A DNA stretch of 64,000 bases from Candidatus Latescibacterota bacterium (lineage in GTDB: Bacteria > Latescibacterota > UBA2968 > GCA-2709665), in assembly GCA_965248435.1 (NCBI GenBank), contig OZ252100.1, positions 4,448,001 to 4,512,000 of the forward strand. Direction: 5' to 3'. The translations under genes and the position numbers were made by a program. This document shows positions 52,024 through 62,571 of the stretch, piece by piece (within the stretch, counting starts at the first letter, position 1; each line of letters opens with the position of its first letter). The notes under the pieces are model-generated. The model had not been told where the DNA came from. It saw only the letters and a list, made by a program, of their open reading frames with translations, and ran no database searches.

Positions 52024-52713
52024 ATGGTAGAACACCAGAAACGGACAGCCGGAAATGAGATGGGCACGCAGGTCAACCTGCCCATCAGCAAGGCGATTGA
52101 GATCAGTTTTAACAGCGTCAAGATTCGATTCGGTCGATCTTTAATCACGGTAAGCGGAATCGTTCTTTCTATCGCCTTTCTGATGTCGATTTGGACGACC
52201 ACAGCCGTCGTAGACAGCCTCAAAGGGGCCGGCAACAAGGAATTGAATTTGATCCTTCAGCAAAAGGGCATAGACATAGACCCGGACAGCGCCGCTGCGA
52301 GACAGGAAAAGTCGAAGAACAATTGGCTCGTGGTGTTGTCTCTGCTGGTCTGTCTGGTAGGCATCACGAACGCGATGCTGATGTCGGTGACGGAGCGGTT
52401 TCGCGAAATCGGGACAATGAAATGTATGGGGGCCCTTGACGGATTCATCGTCAAGCTTTTCCTGCTGGAGTCGTCTTTTATGGGCACAGCAGGTACCGTT
52501 ATTGGGGCTGTCGTCGGGGTCCTATTGACGCTACTTCTCTCTTATGTGACCTACGGGAAGGTGTTTTTTGTCCACGTACCCTGGACGATGGTCGGACAAA
52601 GTACGATTTTTGCAATCGTGATCGGATCCTTCCTCTCGCTGCTTGGCGGCATTCTGCCGGCCTATAGGGCAGCGAAAATGGAGCCTGTAGACGCAATGAG
52701 CCTAGAAGTCTAA
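52024..52713 (+). CDS. FtsX/MacB-like ABC permease with very short periplasmic loop
   Basis: GITNAMLMSVTERFREIGTMKCMGA, FLLES, PAYRAAKMEPVDAM. Confidence 0.88.
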   Translation: MVEHQKRTAGNEMGTQVNLPISKAIEISFNSVKIRFGRSLITVSGIVLSIAFLMSIWTTTAVVDSLKGAGNKELNLILQQKGIDIDPDSAAARQEKSKNNWLVVLSLLVCLVGITNAMLMSVTERFREIGTMKCMGALDGFIVKLFLLESSFMGTAGTVIGAVVGVLLTLLLSYVTYGKVFFVHVPWTMVGQSTIFAIVIGSFLSLLGGILPAYRAAKMEPVDAMSLEV

Positions 52714-52787
52714 AAGGCCGTGGATCGTCCGTCGTGTCCTTTCGGACACGACAGGATCGTCGTTCGTGGATCGCAAAATGTGACTCC

Positions 52788-52811
52788 GTAGGGCGAACCT
52801 TGTGTTCGCCC
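52788..52811. repeat. GTAG-type REP variant
   Basis: GTAGGGCGAAC-CTTGT-GTTCGCCC. Confidence 0.65.
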
Positions 52812-52895
52812 GTCAATTGGCATTCCTATTCGGTCTCCTGAACAAAGGTTTTCTGCCGCAAGGTTCCTTGATCGCCAGCAATTGAGGGGTTACAC

Positions 52896-53624
52896 ATGGC
52901 TGTTGTAAGAACACTGGATGTGAAAAAGGTCTACACGATGGGTAACATGCGGGTAGATGCCCTCAGTGGCGTGGATCTTCAGGTCGAGCAGGGAGAGTAT
53001 ATCTCCATTATGGGGCCATCGGGATCCGGGAAGAGCACACTCTTCAACATGATCGGTGGATTGGACAAGCCGACCAGCGGGAAGGTCTATATCGATGATG
53101 TAGACGTCGCGCAATTGGACGCCTACGAGCTCGCCTGGCTCCGGTGTCGCAAGATCGGCTACATTTTCCAGTCCTTCAACCTGATTTCCGTGATGACGGC
53201 ACTGGAGAACGTGACGCTGCCAATGGTGTTTGCCGGTCTGACGACCGATGAGGCTCGGGAAAAGGGCGTAGGTCTTTTGGGAAAAGTGGGCTTGGGTGAG
53301 CGGGTTTCTCACAAGCCCTACGAGTTGTCCGGAGGACAGCAGCAGCGGGTCGCCGTTGCCCGTGCCTTTGCGAACGATCCGGCCATAATTCTGGCGGACG
53401 AGCCCACCGGCAACCTGGATCTGGTTACGGGGACAGAGATCATCGAACTCCTACGCAAGATGAACAAAGAATCTGACGTGACGGTAATCTCAGCGACCCA
53501 CGATCATAAGATGCTGAGCGTGTCCGATCGCGTCGTCTGGGTTCGGGACGGAAAGGTGGATCGCATCGTGGATCGAGAAGACCTCAAGATCGAGGTGGGG
53601 ACAATCGACGGGAAAGCGGAGTAG
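52896..53624 (+). CDS. ABC transporter ATP-binding protein (LolD/MacB-type)
   Basis: [33 protein letters not shown]. Confidence 0.95.
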   Translation: MAVVRTLDVKKVYTMGNMRVDALSGVDLQVEQGEYISIMGPSGSGKSTLFNMIGGLDKPTSGKVYIDDVDVAQLDAYELAWLRCRKIGYIFQSFNLISVMTALENVTLPMVFAGLTTDEAREKGVGLLGKVGLGERVSHKPYELSGGQQQRVAVARAFANDPAIILADEPTGNLDLVTGTEIIELLRKMNKESDVTVISATHDHKMLSVSDRVVWVRDGKVDRIVDREDLKIEVGTIDGKAE

Positions 53625-53652
53625 ACAGCCCCTATGAAACGAAGGTGTGGTG

Positions 53653-53683
53653 AAGGGCCCTGGCAGATGATGCCAGGGCCCTT
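53653..53683. terminator. Bidirectional hairpin terminator
   Basis: AAGGGCCCTGGCA-GATGA-TGCCAGGGCCCTT between convergent genes. Confidence 0.75.
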
Positions 53684-53713
53684 TGTACTAGAGGTCTCAG
53701 TTTAGCAGCATAC

Positions 53714-56700
53714 TTATTGTGTTGCCTCGCCCAGATGAGTCTGAAAGGCCTCCCGGGTCTTACGCATCTTTTGGCGGAGGGTCTGCATAAAGTCGTCGGG
53801 CCTAGCAAAGCCCACGGCACGGGAGAGGGCCACCAGGTCACGGTCATTCGATGGCAAGCGGGTTGTTGCCCGTTCGTCTTGTCGGCGCAGCACCTTCTCG
53901 ATACTTCTCAAGAAGATAAAAGCGTCCCTGAGATGTTCCGCCTCTTCGTCGATGAGGATGCCGGCCTCTTCAAGCCGCCCGAGGCTCACCAGGGTATTGG
54001 GACTTCGGAGTTGAGGTGATTCACCTCCGCGCCGGATTTGGAGGATCTGGACAAGGAATTCGATATCCACGATTCCTCCCGGCCCGGTCTTGATGCTGAG
54101 TTGCCCCCCGGAACGCTGCTGTGTCTCTATCCGCCTTCGGATGTCGACGATCTCCCTGACTTCGCTTCCTGACAGCCCGTTTCCCATCACAAAATGCTCG
54201 ATGCGGTCCAGGACCTTGCCCCCAAACTCCCCATCTCCGGCCACGACCCGGGTACGGGACAACGCCAGGCGCTCCCAGACCGCGGCCCGCTTCTGCAGGT
54301 AGCGTTCGTAGCTTTCGAAGGACAGGGCAAGGATGCTGCTTCCTCCCTCCGGGCGGAGCCTGGCATCTACCGGGTAGAGGACGCCGTAGGGCGTGGACTG
54401 CCCGAGCAGATTCAAGATTTTCTGGGCCAGACTGACGAAGAACTGAAGGTTTCCAGTGGAGCGAGATCCGTCTGTAGAACCGTCCTCCGAGTAGACAAAC
54501 ACGAGGTCGAGGTCCGAACCGAAGTTGAATTCCTTTCCTCCGAGCTTACCAAGGCCCAGGATGACGAAGGCGGCCTGGTCTCCCCGGGCGGTTCGGGGAC
54601 GTCCGTGGATGGCTGAGACCTCTTCGCACGCGATGTCGTAGACTTTTCTAAGTACTGTCTCCGCGAGAAGGGTGAGTTCCTCGAAGGTCTGGAATGTGTC
54701 GATGATGCCGACCAGATCTCTGGACCCGATCCGGAGGAGCTCCCGACTTTTGAAATGGTTCAATCCGGCGATTTTTTCTTCGCGAGACTTCGAGTGTCCG
54801 GAGATGGCATCGACTTCCGCCTCCAGTTCTCGAGGACTCGGAACGTGATGCAGGACGCCGGGGACGGTCAATCTGTCGAGCAGGGCCGGGTTTCGGACGA
54901 TCAGGTTGAGGAGGAACGGGCTGCCGTCGCACAGGGAGAGGATGAGGTCACGAAGTCCATCGTTGGTCGCAAGGATGCGGAAAAGGGTGGCGCCGGCGCC
55001 GTAAGCGGAGACGAGGCGGTCCAGATTGCTTAGCGCCCGATCCCGATCGGCCGAGGCCTGGAGCGAGCGCATGAGCGCGGGAACCAATTCGATAAAGCTC
55101 TGACGGGCAAGCGTGCCCCGGATCTTGGGCACGTGTCCGTAGGCGAGGTAGATCAGGTTTTTGTGCGCTTCCTCGGGATTGTCGAAGCCGAGGTCCCGCA
55201 GTGTGGCATTCGCCTCTGGATCTCCAATCTCCATTTCACATAGGGCCCCGATCGATCGGCCGTCTTCACCCTTAGCCTCCGAAAATACGTCTTGATAGAT
55301 CGCCTGAACGGCACTGAGGTGATCCTCCAGGACCTGCTCGTAGGTCGACGATGAAAGGAGGCCGAGGCTGTGCGCGAGGGTTGCCTGCCCGTCGGGACCG
55401 GGTAACGTATAGTCGCTCAAGCCGTGCATCATCTGCAGACGGTGCTCCACGCGCCGAAAGAAGAGATAGGCACTGCGAAGGGCCTCTGCTTCCGTATCGG
55501 TGAGGGCGGAGACCTGGTTGAGCTGGCGGATCGCAGTCAGGGTGCTACCGGAGCGAGCTTCTCCGTGAATACGTCCCACGATCAACTGAAGGCATTGAAC
55601 GATGAATTCGATGTCACGGATGCCGCCCGACCGAAGCTTTAGGTGGGTCTCCCGCTCTCCCCTCCGGCCAAGGCGTTCTTCTATGTGGCCCTTGATCCGG
55701 TGGATTTCTTCAACGGGGCTGACCTTGAAATGGCGTGGATAGATGAAAGGCTGGACGGTTTCGACGAAGTGGTTCCCGAGGGTCAAAGAGCCCGCGCAAG
55801 GACGCGCCTTGATCAGCATCTGCCGCTCCCAAAGCTCACCGCGCCGCGAGTAGTAGCTCTCATACGCCGAGAGCGGCATCGTCACCGCGCCGGAGGCTCC
55901 GTCCGGACGGAGTCTTAGATCGACGCGATATAGGAAACCCTCCTCGGTGGGCTCGGTCGCCGCCTTGAGCAGATGTTCCGCCAGCCGGGAGAAGTAGATC
56001 TGGTTCATAACGGGGCGTCCCTCGGTTCCGCCTCCTTCCGTCTCTCCCTCCTCGGAGTAGACAAAGATGAGATCGATGTCGGAACTGAAGTTGAGTTCCC
56101 GGCCACCCAGCTTCCCAAGGGCAACGACGGCGAATTCTGCACGGTTTCCCCTCCCATCTCTGGGCACGCCGTAGCGGGCGTCCAGCTCTGGTGTGAGCTG
56201 GTCTACCAACTGCTGAAGCACGACATCAGCGAGATCTGAGAGTTCGAATGCGATCTCCTGGATGGGGCGGCCGCCAAGCAGATCTCCGGCGCCGATGCGG
56301 AGCAACTCTCTCCTCGCAAGACGTCTTATGGCGTTCAGACGGGATTCCAACTTCTCTACAGATTGAACGGCTTCGAAGAATTCTGCTTCCAACATTTCTT
56401 TCGCGCAGGGGCCCTTGAGCCTTTGTTCGTCAGTTAGCCGGTAGAAGTATTCGGGGTTTCTGACCAGGATATCTGCGAGGTATTGGCTGCTCCCGATGAG
56501 ACGAAGCAGGAGTCCACACCTTTCTGGTGGGTCTTCCAGAAAGGTGTAAAAGGCGGACCGACCCAGCGCCGCACGCGCCAACCGCTCGAAATTGTTCAGC
56601 GCGCGGTCTGGACTGGGCGTTCGAAAGAGCTCGCGAAAGAATTCCGGAGGCAGAGGAGTTTGTGAAGCAGGGTCGACAAGGCACTCGAGATTCTGGAGGG

Positions 56701-56815
56701 CGCGAACCGGATCCCTAAAGCCGTGGCCAGCCAACTCACCGGCGGCCTGATCCGGTTCCTCTAGAAGCCTTCTTGCTGTGACTTCTGCAGGGTCTTTGGG
56801 GTCAATCAGAGGCAT
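53714..56815 (-). CDS. glnE: Bifunctional glutamine synthetase adenylyltransferase/adenylyl-removing enzyme
   Basis: Two nucleotidyltransferase domains (LGKLGGRELNFSSDIDL and LGKLGGKEFNFGSDLDL), VDLRLRPDG, KLRSGGIRDIEF. Confidence 0.95.
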   Translation of the reverse strand: MPLIDPKDPAEVTARRLLEEPDQAAGELAGHGFRDPVRALQNLECLVDPASQTPLPPEFFRELFRTPSPDRALNNFERLARAALGRSAFYTFLEDPPERCGLLLRLIGSSQYLADILVRNPEYFYRLTDEQRLKGPCAKEMLEAEFFEAVQSVEKLESRLNAIRRLARRELLRIGAGDLLGGRPIQEIAFELSDLADVVLQQLVDQLTPELDARYGVPRDGRGNRAEFAVVALGKLGGRELNFSSDIDLIFVYSEEGETEGGGTEGRPVMNQIYFSRLAEHLLKAATEPTEEGFLYRVDLRLRPDGASGAVTMPLSAYESYYSRRGELWERQMLIKARPCAGSLTLGNHFVETVQPFIYPRHFKVSPVEEIHRIKGHIEERLGRRGERETHLKLRSGGIRDIEFIVQCLQLIVGRIHGEARSGSTLTAIRQLNQVSALTDTEAEALRSAYLFFRRVEHRLQMMHGLSDYTLPGPDGQATLAHSLGLLSSSTYEQVLEDHLSAVQAIYQDVFSEAKGEDGRSIGALCEMEIGDPEANATLRDLGFDNPEEAHKNLIYLAYGHVPKIRGTLARQSFIELVPALMRSLQASADRDRALSNLDRLVSAYGAGATLFRILATNDGLRDLILSLCDGSPFLLNLIVRNPALLDRLTVPGVLHHVPSPRELEAEVDAISGHSKSREEKIAGLNHFKSRELLRIGSRDLVGIIDTFQTFEELTLLAETVLRKVYDIACEEVSAIHGRPRTARGDQAAFVILGLGKLGGKEFNFGSDLDLVFVYSEDGSTDGSRSTGNLQFFVSLAQKILNLLGQSTPYGVLYPVDARLRPEGGSSILALSFESYERYLQKRAAVWERLALSRTRVVAGDGEFGGKVLDRIEHFVMGNGLSGSEVREIVDIRRRIETQQRSGGQLSIKTGPGGIVDIEFLVQILQIRRGGESPQLRSPNTLVSLGRLEEAGILIDEEAEHLRDAFIFLRSIEKVLRRQDERATTRLPSNDRDLVALSRAVGFARPDDFMQTLRQKMRKTREAFQTHLGEATQ

Positions 56816-56842
56816 CTATCTCGTATTTCGTTTCTCGTAAAT

Positions 56843-56923
56843 CAGACGGCGGCCGGCGGAGGGCAGGCCGCCAGATGGATACCCTTTAGACTTTGGCGGT
56901 CAGCCGTCTGTGGTCTGCGGTCC
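56843..56923. repeat. Inverted heptamer-repeat hairpin between glnB and glnE
   Basis: CAGACGG-like units (56843-56878) face GCCGTCT/GTGGTCT-like units (56896-56923); CGTATTT-like heptamers at 56816-56842. Confidence 0.55.
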
Positions 56924-56946
56924 TGGATGGCTTCTTTGTAGCTTAC

Positions 56947-57516
<570 letters not shown>

Positions 57517-57671
57517 TCAGATGATCAGACTACGTTCAATGCGGGCTCTGACGAAGAGGCCATTCGCGTGGGCTATCAGGAGTATGAGAAGCTGGTGGAG
57601 CCGAAGGCTTTCGACTTACCCCACGTCCAGTCTTAAAGGTGTGGGATGATCGCTCAATAGAGGAGTGCGCC

Positions 57672-58085
57672 ATGAAGGTTTCTGACCTGATGATTCGCGA
57701 TCTGGTCACGATTGGACCGAAAGAGCTCTTGCGCGAGGCATTTCGCAAGATGAATGCCCAGCACATCCGTCACCTTCCCGTCGTGGATGAGGGCCGCCTT
57801 GTCGGGATGATTACCGACCGAGATGTCAGGCTGCATGCGACCTCTTTCGCTGAGATTCGAGGAGAGGAGAAACTCTACACGATCAGCGCCGACGCGGATG
57901 TTAGAGACATCATGACGCGGGATCCGATCGTGACCTTTCCGGATACGGACCTTCGAGAGGTCATCGATCTGTTCCTGGAAGAGAAAGTCGGAGCCATTCC
58001 AGTGGTTACAGATGCCAATGAGCTTGTCGGGATTATCGGGTATACGGATCTGTTGGCCCTTTTGAGTACCGAGTTGAAAGAGTGA
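57672..58085 (+). CDS. CBS-pair protein (AcuB-like)
   Basis: IRHLPVVD...GMITDRD, VGAIPVV...GII; GAGGAG RBS. Confidence 0.9.
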   Translation: MKVSDLMIRDLVTIGPKELLREAFRKMNAQHIRHLPVVDEGRLVGMITDRDVRLHATSFAEIRGEEKLYTISADADVRDIMTRDPIVTFPDTDLREVIDLFLEEKVGAIPVVTDANELVGIIGYTDLLALLSTELKE

Positions 58086-58164
58086 TTCAAGGAGACAGAT
58101 ACGCAGACTCTATCAACCCCGAGAATAATTTTTTGAATAGACAGCTGGACTGGTTCTGTGGCAG

Positions 58165-58197
58165 AACGGGCCCTGGCGAATGAGGTCAGGGCCGTTT
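58165..58197 (+). terminator. Hairpin terminator similar in sequence to the one at 53653
   Basis: GGCCCTGGC-GAATGAG-GTCAGGGCC followed by GTTT. Confidence 0.55.
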
Positions 58198-58271
58198 GTA
58201 TTGTGGACTGCCTCCACGTGCGTAAGTAACAGATTTTGAACAAGAGCTGGATAGACGATTGACTGTGACTG

Positions 58272-58299
58272 TTGACATTCACCCTTTTGGGTATATCAT
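58272..58299 (+). promoter_or_regulatory. Putative sigma70 promoter for the kinase/regulator pair
   Basis: TTGACA-16bp-TATCAT. Confidence 0.55.
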
Positions 58300-58354
58300 T
58301 CCGGAAGATACGGATTTTCGCTGACCCAAATTCTGAGCCAAGGCCTCGACTGCC

Positions 58355-60116
58355 GTGAGCCTGATCCTCCTGATTTCTATCACGATTCGCCTCTTCGCCC
58401 TGGGCTGGTCTATCGTTCTCCTAAGGCGAATCCGGGACTGGCGAATGGGGGTCTTGAGCGTGATGCTCGCTCTGATGGCGCTGCGGCAAATCCTTACTTT
58501 GTGGGAGCACTCTCAATCAGTAACGAGTTCCGTCACAAGCCAGATCACTGAGCTTCCAGGCCTTGCCGTGAGTGTACTGGCCTTCCTGGCCGTTATCTTC
58601 GTGGAGCGCGTGATTATCGAACGCCAGCAGAAGGATACTGCGATCCAATCCATCCTGGACACCACAGTAGATGGGATCATCACCATCGATGAGCAGGGCA
58701 CGGTTGAGACTTTTAACCCCGCGGCGGAAAGGATATTTGGTTATAGGTCCGATCAGGTTATTGGGAATAACGTCAACATGCTGATGCCCGAGCCCTACCA
58801 CAGTGAACACGATGGTTATGTTACCAGCTACCTACGGACCGGTAGCGCAAAGATCATCGGCATCGGTCGCGAAGTCGTGGGCCTGCGGAAAGACAGAACC
58901 ACGTTCCCGATGGACCTGGCCGTCAGCAAGTTTCGGGTGGGCAACCGGCGAATGTTCACCGGGATCGTCCGTGACATTACAGAACGCAGGCGCACGGAGG
59001 AAGCTCTGCACGAAAGCCAGCAGTCCCTTTCGACCTTGATGAGCAACCTCCCTGGCATGGCCTACCGATGCAGGAATGACATGCATTGGACGATGGGAAT
59101 TCGTGAGCGAGGGTTGTCTTGAGCTCACTGGATACTCTCCTTCTGATTTTATGGCAAACCAGAATGTATCATATGCAGAGCTGATTCACCCGGATGATCG
59201 AGAGCCCGCTTGGGAGTCTGTTCAGGCGGCTTTACGTGAGAATAGGCCGTTTCAGATTGTCTATCGTATCAGGACTGCCCAGCCAAAGGAGAAGTGGGTA
59301 TGGGAGCAGGGCAGGGGGATGCCCGGATCAGATGGAGAGACCGTGCGGATAGAGGGGTTCATCACCGACATTTCTGAACGCAAGCGTCTGGAAGAACAGC
59401 TCAACCAATCTTCGAAGCTTGCGGCTTTAGGTGAACTCGTTGGAGGGATCGCACACGAGGTCAACAACCCTACTGGAATTATTGTGATGCGTAGTGCGGG
59501 GTTGATGAGAGAGGCAGATGCTCAGGGCTTGTCGGAGGATATCATAGATGACATTGAAGTGATTCAGAGGCAGTCTGATAAGATTGCCCAGATCACGTCA
59601 GGACTACTGGCCTTTTCGAGGCAGACACCCTTTTCACCGCTGGAAGTCGATGTCAACAAAATGGTGGCCAATGCTGCAGCCCTGGTTGAAAATGTTCTGA
59701 GGAGCAAGAATATCACCTATCTCCCTGAACTCGTCGATGGGCTGCCATTGGTGACGGCAGACACTACACGGATCGAGCAAGTGCTTGTGAATCTGTTTAA
59801 CAATTCGATGGACGCGATGCCCGATGGCGGAGAACTATGTGTGTCCACGCGGCTAGACGAGGGTACTCAGAACAGACACTACGTCCGGATTTCTGTTAAG
59901 GATACGGGTGAGGGAATCTCAGAAGAGCATCTGGCCCGACTGTTCGATCCCTTTTTTACGACCAAAGAGGTGGGAAAGGGAACCGGCCTGGGACTTGCCG
60001 TTAGCTACGGAATTGTCCAAGAGCACGGCGGCCGCTTTGAGGTGGAAAGCAAATTGGGCGAAGGCGCCGTGTTTCATATTGTTCTCCCCTTTGTTGGGAG
60101 TGATTCCAGGGATTGA
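58355..60116 (+). pseudogene. Membrane sensor histidine kinase with FixL-type heme-PAS and a second PAS; split by a +1 frameshift (ORFs 58355-59122 and 59076-60116)
   Basis: Three TM helices; LMPEPYHSEHDGY...IIGIGREV; ATG-G-GAA-TTC at 59093-59102 breaks the expected WTMEFVSEGC; AHEVNNP, NLFNNSMDA, DTGEG, FFTTK..GKGTGLGL are intact. Confidence 0.85.
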
Positions 60117-60120
60117 TATT

Positions 60121-61512
60121 ATGAAAAAAGTGAAAATTCTGGTTGTTGACGACGAAGTGGATATGCTCAGTACATGCAAAAAATTTCTGACTCGTGCTGG
60201 CCATAAAGTCTCAGTAGCAGACCGGGGGAGTCAGGCGCTTGAGATTTTCGATCAGGAGTCCTGTGCCCTGGTGATCACAGACCTGAAGATGCCGGGGATG
60301 AACGGGATGGAGGTCCTGCGAGAGATCAAGAAGCGGCGCCCTGAGACACTTGTGATGATGTTCACCGGCTATGGGACCATTCAGGATGCAGTAATGGCGA
60401 TGAAGGAAGGAGCGTTCGATTTTATCACCAAGCCATTTACACCGGATCAGCTTACAGTTTGTGTAGATCGCGCCTTGAAGCAGCTTCGGCTGGAGGCTGA
60501 GAACAAGGCGCTTCGACAGCAGCTGGAGGAGAAGTTCAAGTTCGACAACATCCTGGGGCAAAGTTCGACAATGCAGCGAGTCTTCGATTCGATCCGGAAA
60601 ATTGCCGATACCCAGGCGAATGTGTTGATCACGGGGGAGAGCGGAACCGGCAAGGAGCTAATTGCCCGAAGCGTTCATGCCAACAGTAGCCGGAAACGGC
60701 AGCCCTTTGTGCCTCTCAACTGCGGCGGAATGCCTGAGCATTTGGTGGAAAGCGAGCTGTTCGGGCACGAGAAAGGGGCCTTTACGGGCGCCGTAGCCAG
60801 CCGGACGGGCTTGATGGAACACGCCAGCGGAGGCACCTTTTGTCTCGACGAAATCAGTGAATTGCCGCTGAACCTCCAGGTGAAGCTGCTTCGGGTGCTG
60901 GAGGAGCGCAAGATCCGCAGGGTTGGGAGCAACAAGGAGACTGAGATCGATATTCGGCTGATCTCCGCAACGAACCGAGACGTGGAGGCAATGGTGAATG
61001 AAGGCACCTTCCGCGAGGACCTCTACTATCGGGTTAATACTTTTGTGATCCACCTACCTGCATTGCGGGACCGTAGGGAGGATATTCCGCTGTTGGCCAA
61101 CCATTTTTTGCAGGAGTACCTCAAGACAACAGAGAAGGAGATTCGTGAAGTGGCCCCAGAAGCTATGGATCTCCTGTGCAAACATTCCTGGCCCGGAAAC
61201 GTCCGGGAGTTGCAGCACGTGATCGAGCGGGCTGTGGCCTTATCGTCATCCCGTCAGATCGAACCCGAAGATCTTCCCGAGGGACTTGGACATGCGAGAT
61301 CTGGAAAGATCGAGCCTGAGCAGTTCGAACTCCCATTCAAGGAGGCGAAGGAGAAGGTTATTGAAGCTTTTGAGCGGTCCTATGTTGAACAGCTTCTTTC
61401 AAAACATGGGAAAAATATCTCGCGGGCGGCGCAGCAAAGTGGCATAGACAGACGGTCATTGCACCGCCTACTGGCCAAACACGAAATTGATGCTTCGTCT
61501 TTTGACGCATAA
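60121..61512 (+). CDS. NtrC-family sigma54-dependent response regulator
   Basis: REC (VVDDE, TDLKMP, KPF), GESGTGKE, ESELFGHEKGAFTGA, WPGNVREL, Fis-HTH. Confidence 0.95.
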   Translation: MKKVKILVVDDEVDMLSTCKKFLTRAGHKVSVADRGSQALEIFDQESCALVITDLKMPGMNGMEVLREIKKRRPETLVMMFTGYGTIQDAVMAMKEGAFDFITKPFTPDQLTVCVDRALKQLRLEAENKALRQQLEEKFKFDNILGQSSTMQRVFDSIRKIADTQANVLITGESGTGKELIARSVHANSSRKRQPFVPLNCGGMPEHLVESELFGHEKGAFTGAVASRTGLMEHASGGTFCLDEISELPLNLQVKLLRVLEERKIRRVGSNKETEIDIRLISATNRDVEAMVNEGTFREDLYYRVNTFVIHLPALRDRREDIPLLANHFLQEYLKTTEKEIREVAPEAMDLLCKHSWPGNVRELQHVIERAVALSSSRQIEPEDLPEGLGHARSGKIEPEQFELPFKEAKEKVIEAFERSYVEQLLSKHGKNISRAAQQSGIDRRSLHRLLAKHEIDASSFDA

Positions 61513-61571
61513 CTCTTTCGCGCCTTAGGGGGCGGAACCGTCGCCATTTTTTAAGGTTGTGGGAAAACGCC

Positions 61572-61602
61572 ACCTCCTGCCTTTTGCGCAGGGGGTTTTT
61601 TT
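61572..61602 (+). terminator. Rho-independent terminator
   Basis: ACCTCCTGC-CTTTTGC-GCAGGGGGT followed by a T-run. Confidence 0.75.
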
Positions 61603-61612
61603 ATCTGCTATT

Positions 61613-61650
61613 TGAGACATCGGTGTCCCAACCGGGACGCACAGTCCACA
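61613..61650. promoter_or_regulatory. Candidate enhancer (UAS): tandem palindromes, 20-bp period
   Basis: TGAGACA-TCGG-TGTCCCA plus weaker CGGGACG-CACA-GTCCACA, about 100-135 bp upstream of a sigma54 promoter. Confidence 0.6.
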
Positions 61651-61748
61651 AAGGAAAGCAATGAGGTCTGTTTCTCGGTCGAACACAATATCTATATATC
61701 TAATTACAATTCAATAATTTATGTTATGTCTTCTTGGATCACGACAAT

Positions 61749-61764
61749 TGGTACGAAGGTTGCG
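61749..61764 (+). promoter_or_regulatory. sigma54 (-24/-12) promoter
   Basis: TGGTACG-AAGG-TTGCG with exact spacing, preceded by an AT-rich tract. Confidence 0.75.
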
Positions 61765-61822
61765 AATGGGTCTTTTGGAAAGTGTTCGTGTCCAGGCAGG
61801 TTTGGCTCTAAGGAGGTTCGAT

Positions 61823-62350
61823 ATGCAGCCGCAGAGAGTTTTTCACAACAATCCACGCGTACGGATGGACAAGGCACAGGTAGATGTCCTCGATGTGAGT
61901 ACCCAGTGTTCCTACGCCTGCGTGGAAAAGGTGGCCGGCTTGGTACAAAAAGTCGCCACGTGGATCGATATGCCCAATGAAGACAAGCAGGCTGTGGTGA
62001 AAGCCGTTACGGAGGCCGTGCAGAACGCGATTTGTCACGGAAACCGCGAAGGTGAGAGCAAAATGATTCGCGTTCGGATCCAGACCGCACCCTCCGAAAT
62101 CACCGTTTTTGTGAGGGATGACGGAAAAGAGTTTGAGGTCGAGGCGGTGCCGGATCTCATTGATCCGCAGCATCGGAATAGCCCTCACGGACGGGGCATG
62201 AATGCGCTTATGGACGATGTGAAATTCTTCTCATTGGGCAAGGGGGGGTCGTTGGTCAAAATGACGAAGCGATTCATCCCGCAGGAGGTAATAGCTCAGT
62301 CAAAAGGTTGTGGAAGGCGAAGAAAGGAGGTAGAGTTGGTTTGTCTGTGA
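61823..62350 (+). CDS. RsbW/SpoIIAB-like anti-sigma factor (HATPase_c_2), degenerate G boxes
   Basis: AVTEAVQNAICHGN, VRDDGKEF, HGRGMNALMDDV; AAGGAGG RBS before ATG 61823. Confidence 0.8.
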   Translation: MQPQRVFHNNPRVRMDKAQVDVLDVSTQCSYACVEKVAGLVQKVATWIDMPNEDKQAVVKAVTEAVQNAICHGNREGESKMIRVRIQTAPSEITVFVRDDGKEFEVEAVPDLIDPQHRNSPHGRGMNALMDDVKFFSLGKGGSLVKMTKRFIPQEVIAQSKGCGRRRKEVELVCL

Positions 62351-62571
62351 AAGTGGACCAAAGAGGAGATCTGATCGAACAAGCCGTGCAGGACATTATG
62401 ATGGGCCGGTTTAATGTTGTGGAGCTAATCAAAATGTACGGGGACGAAGTGGGGCTTAAGCTGGCCAATATTTTGTCAGCATTTAGGTTCGGAATGCTTC
62501 CCAGCGCGCGAGTTTCCGATCTGATTCACGAGAATATCGTGTCCTTCAGTAGAGAGGTCTCCCGTGTCTGA
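62341..62571 (+). CDS. Small hypothetical protein
   Basis: AAGGAGG RBS, TTG start, overlaps both neighbours in operon fashion. Confidence 0.55.
   Translation: MSVKVDQRGDLIEQAVQDIMMGRFNVVELIKMYGDEVGLKLANILSAFRFGMLPSARVSDLIHENIVSFSREVSRV

Noticed and set aside
59908-60120. N-terminal extension of the NtrC-type ORF
   Set aside because: Overlaps the kinase HATPase region; the receiver domain starts at ATG 60121.
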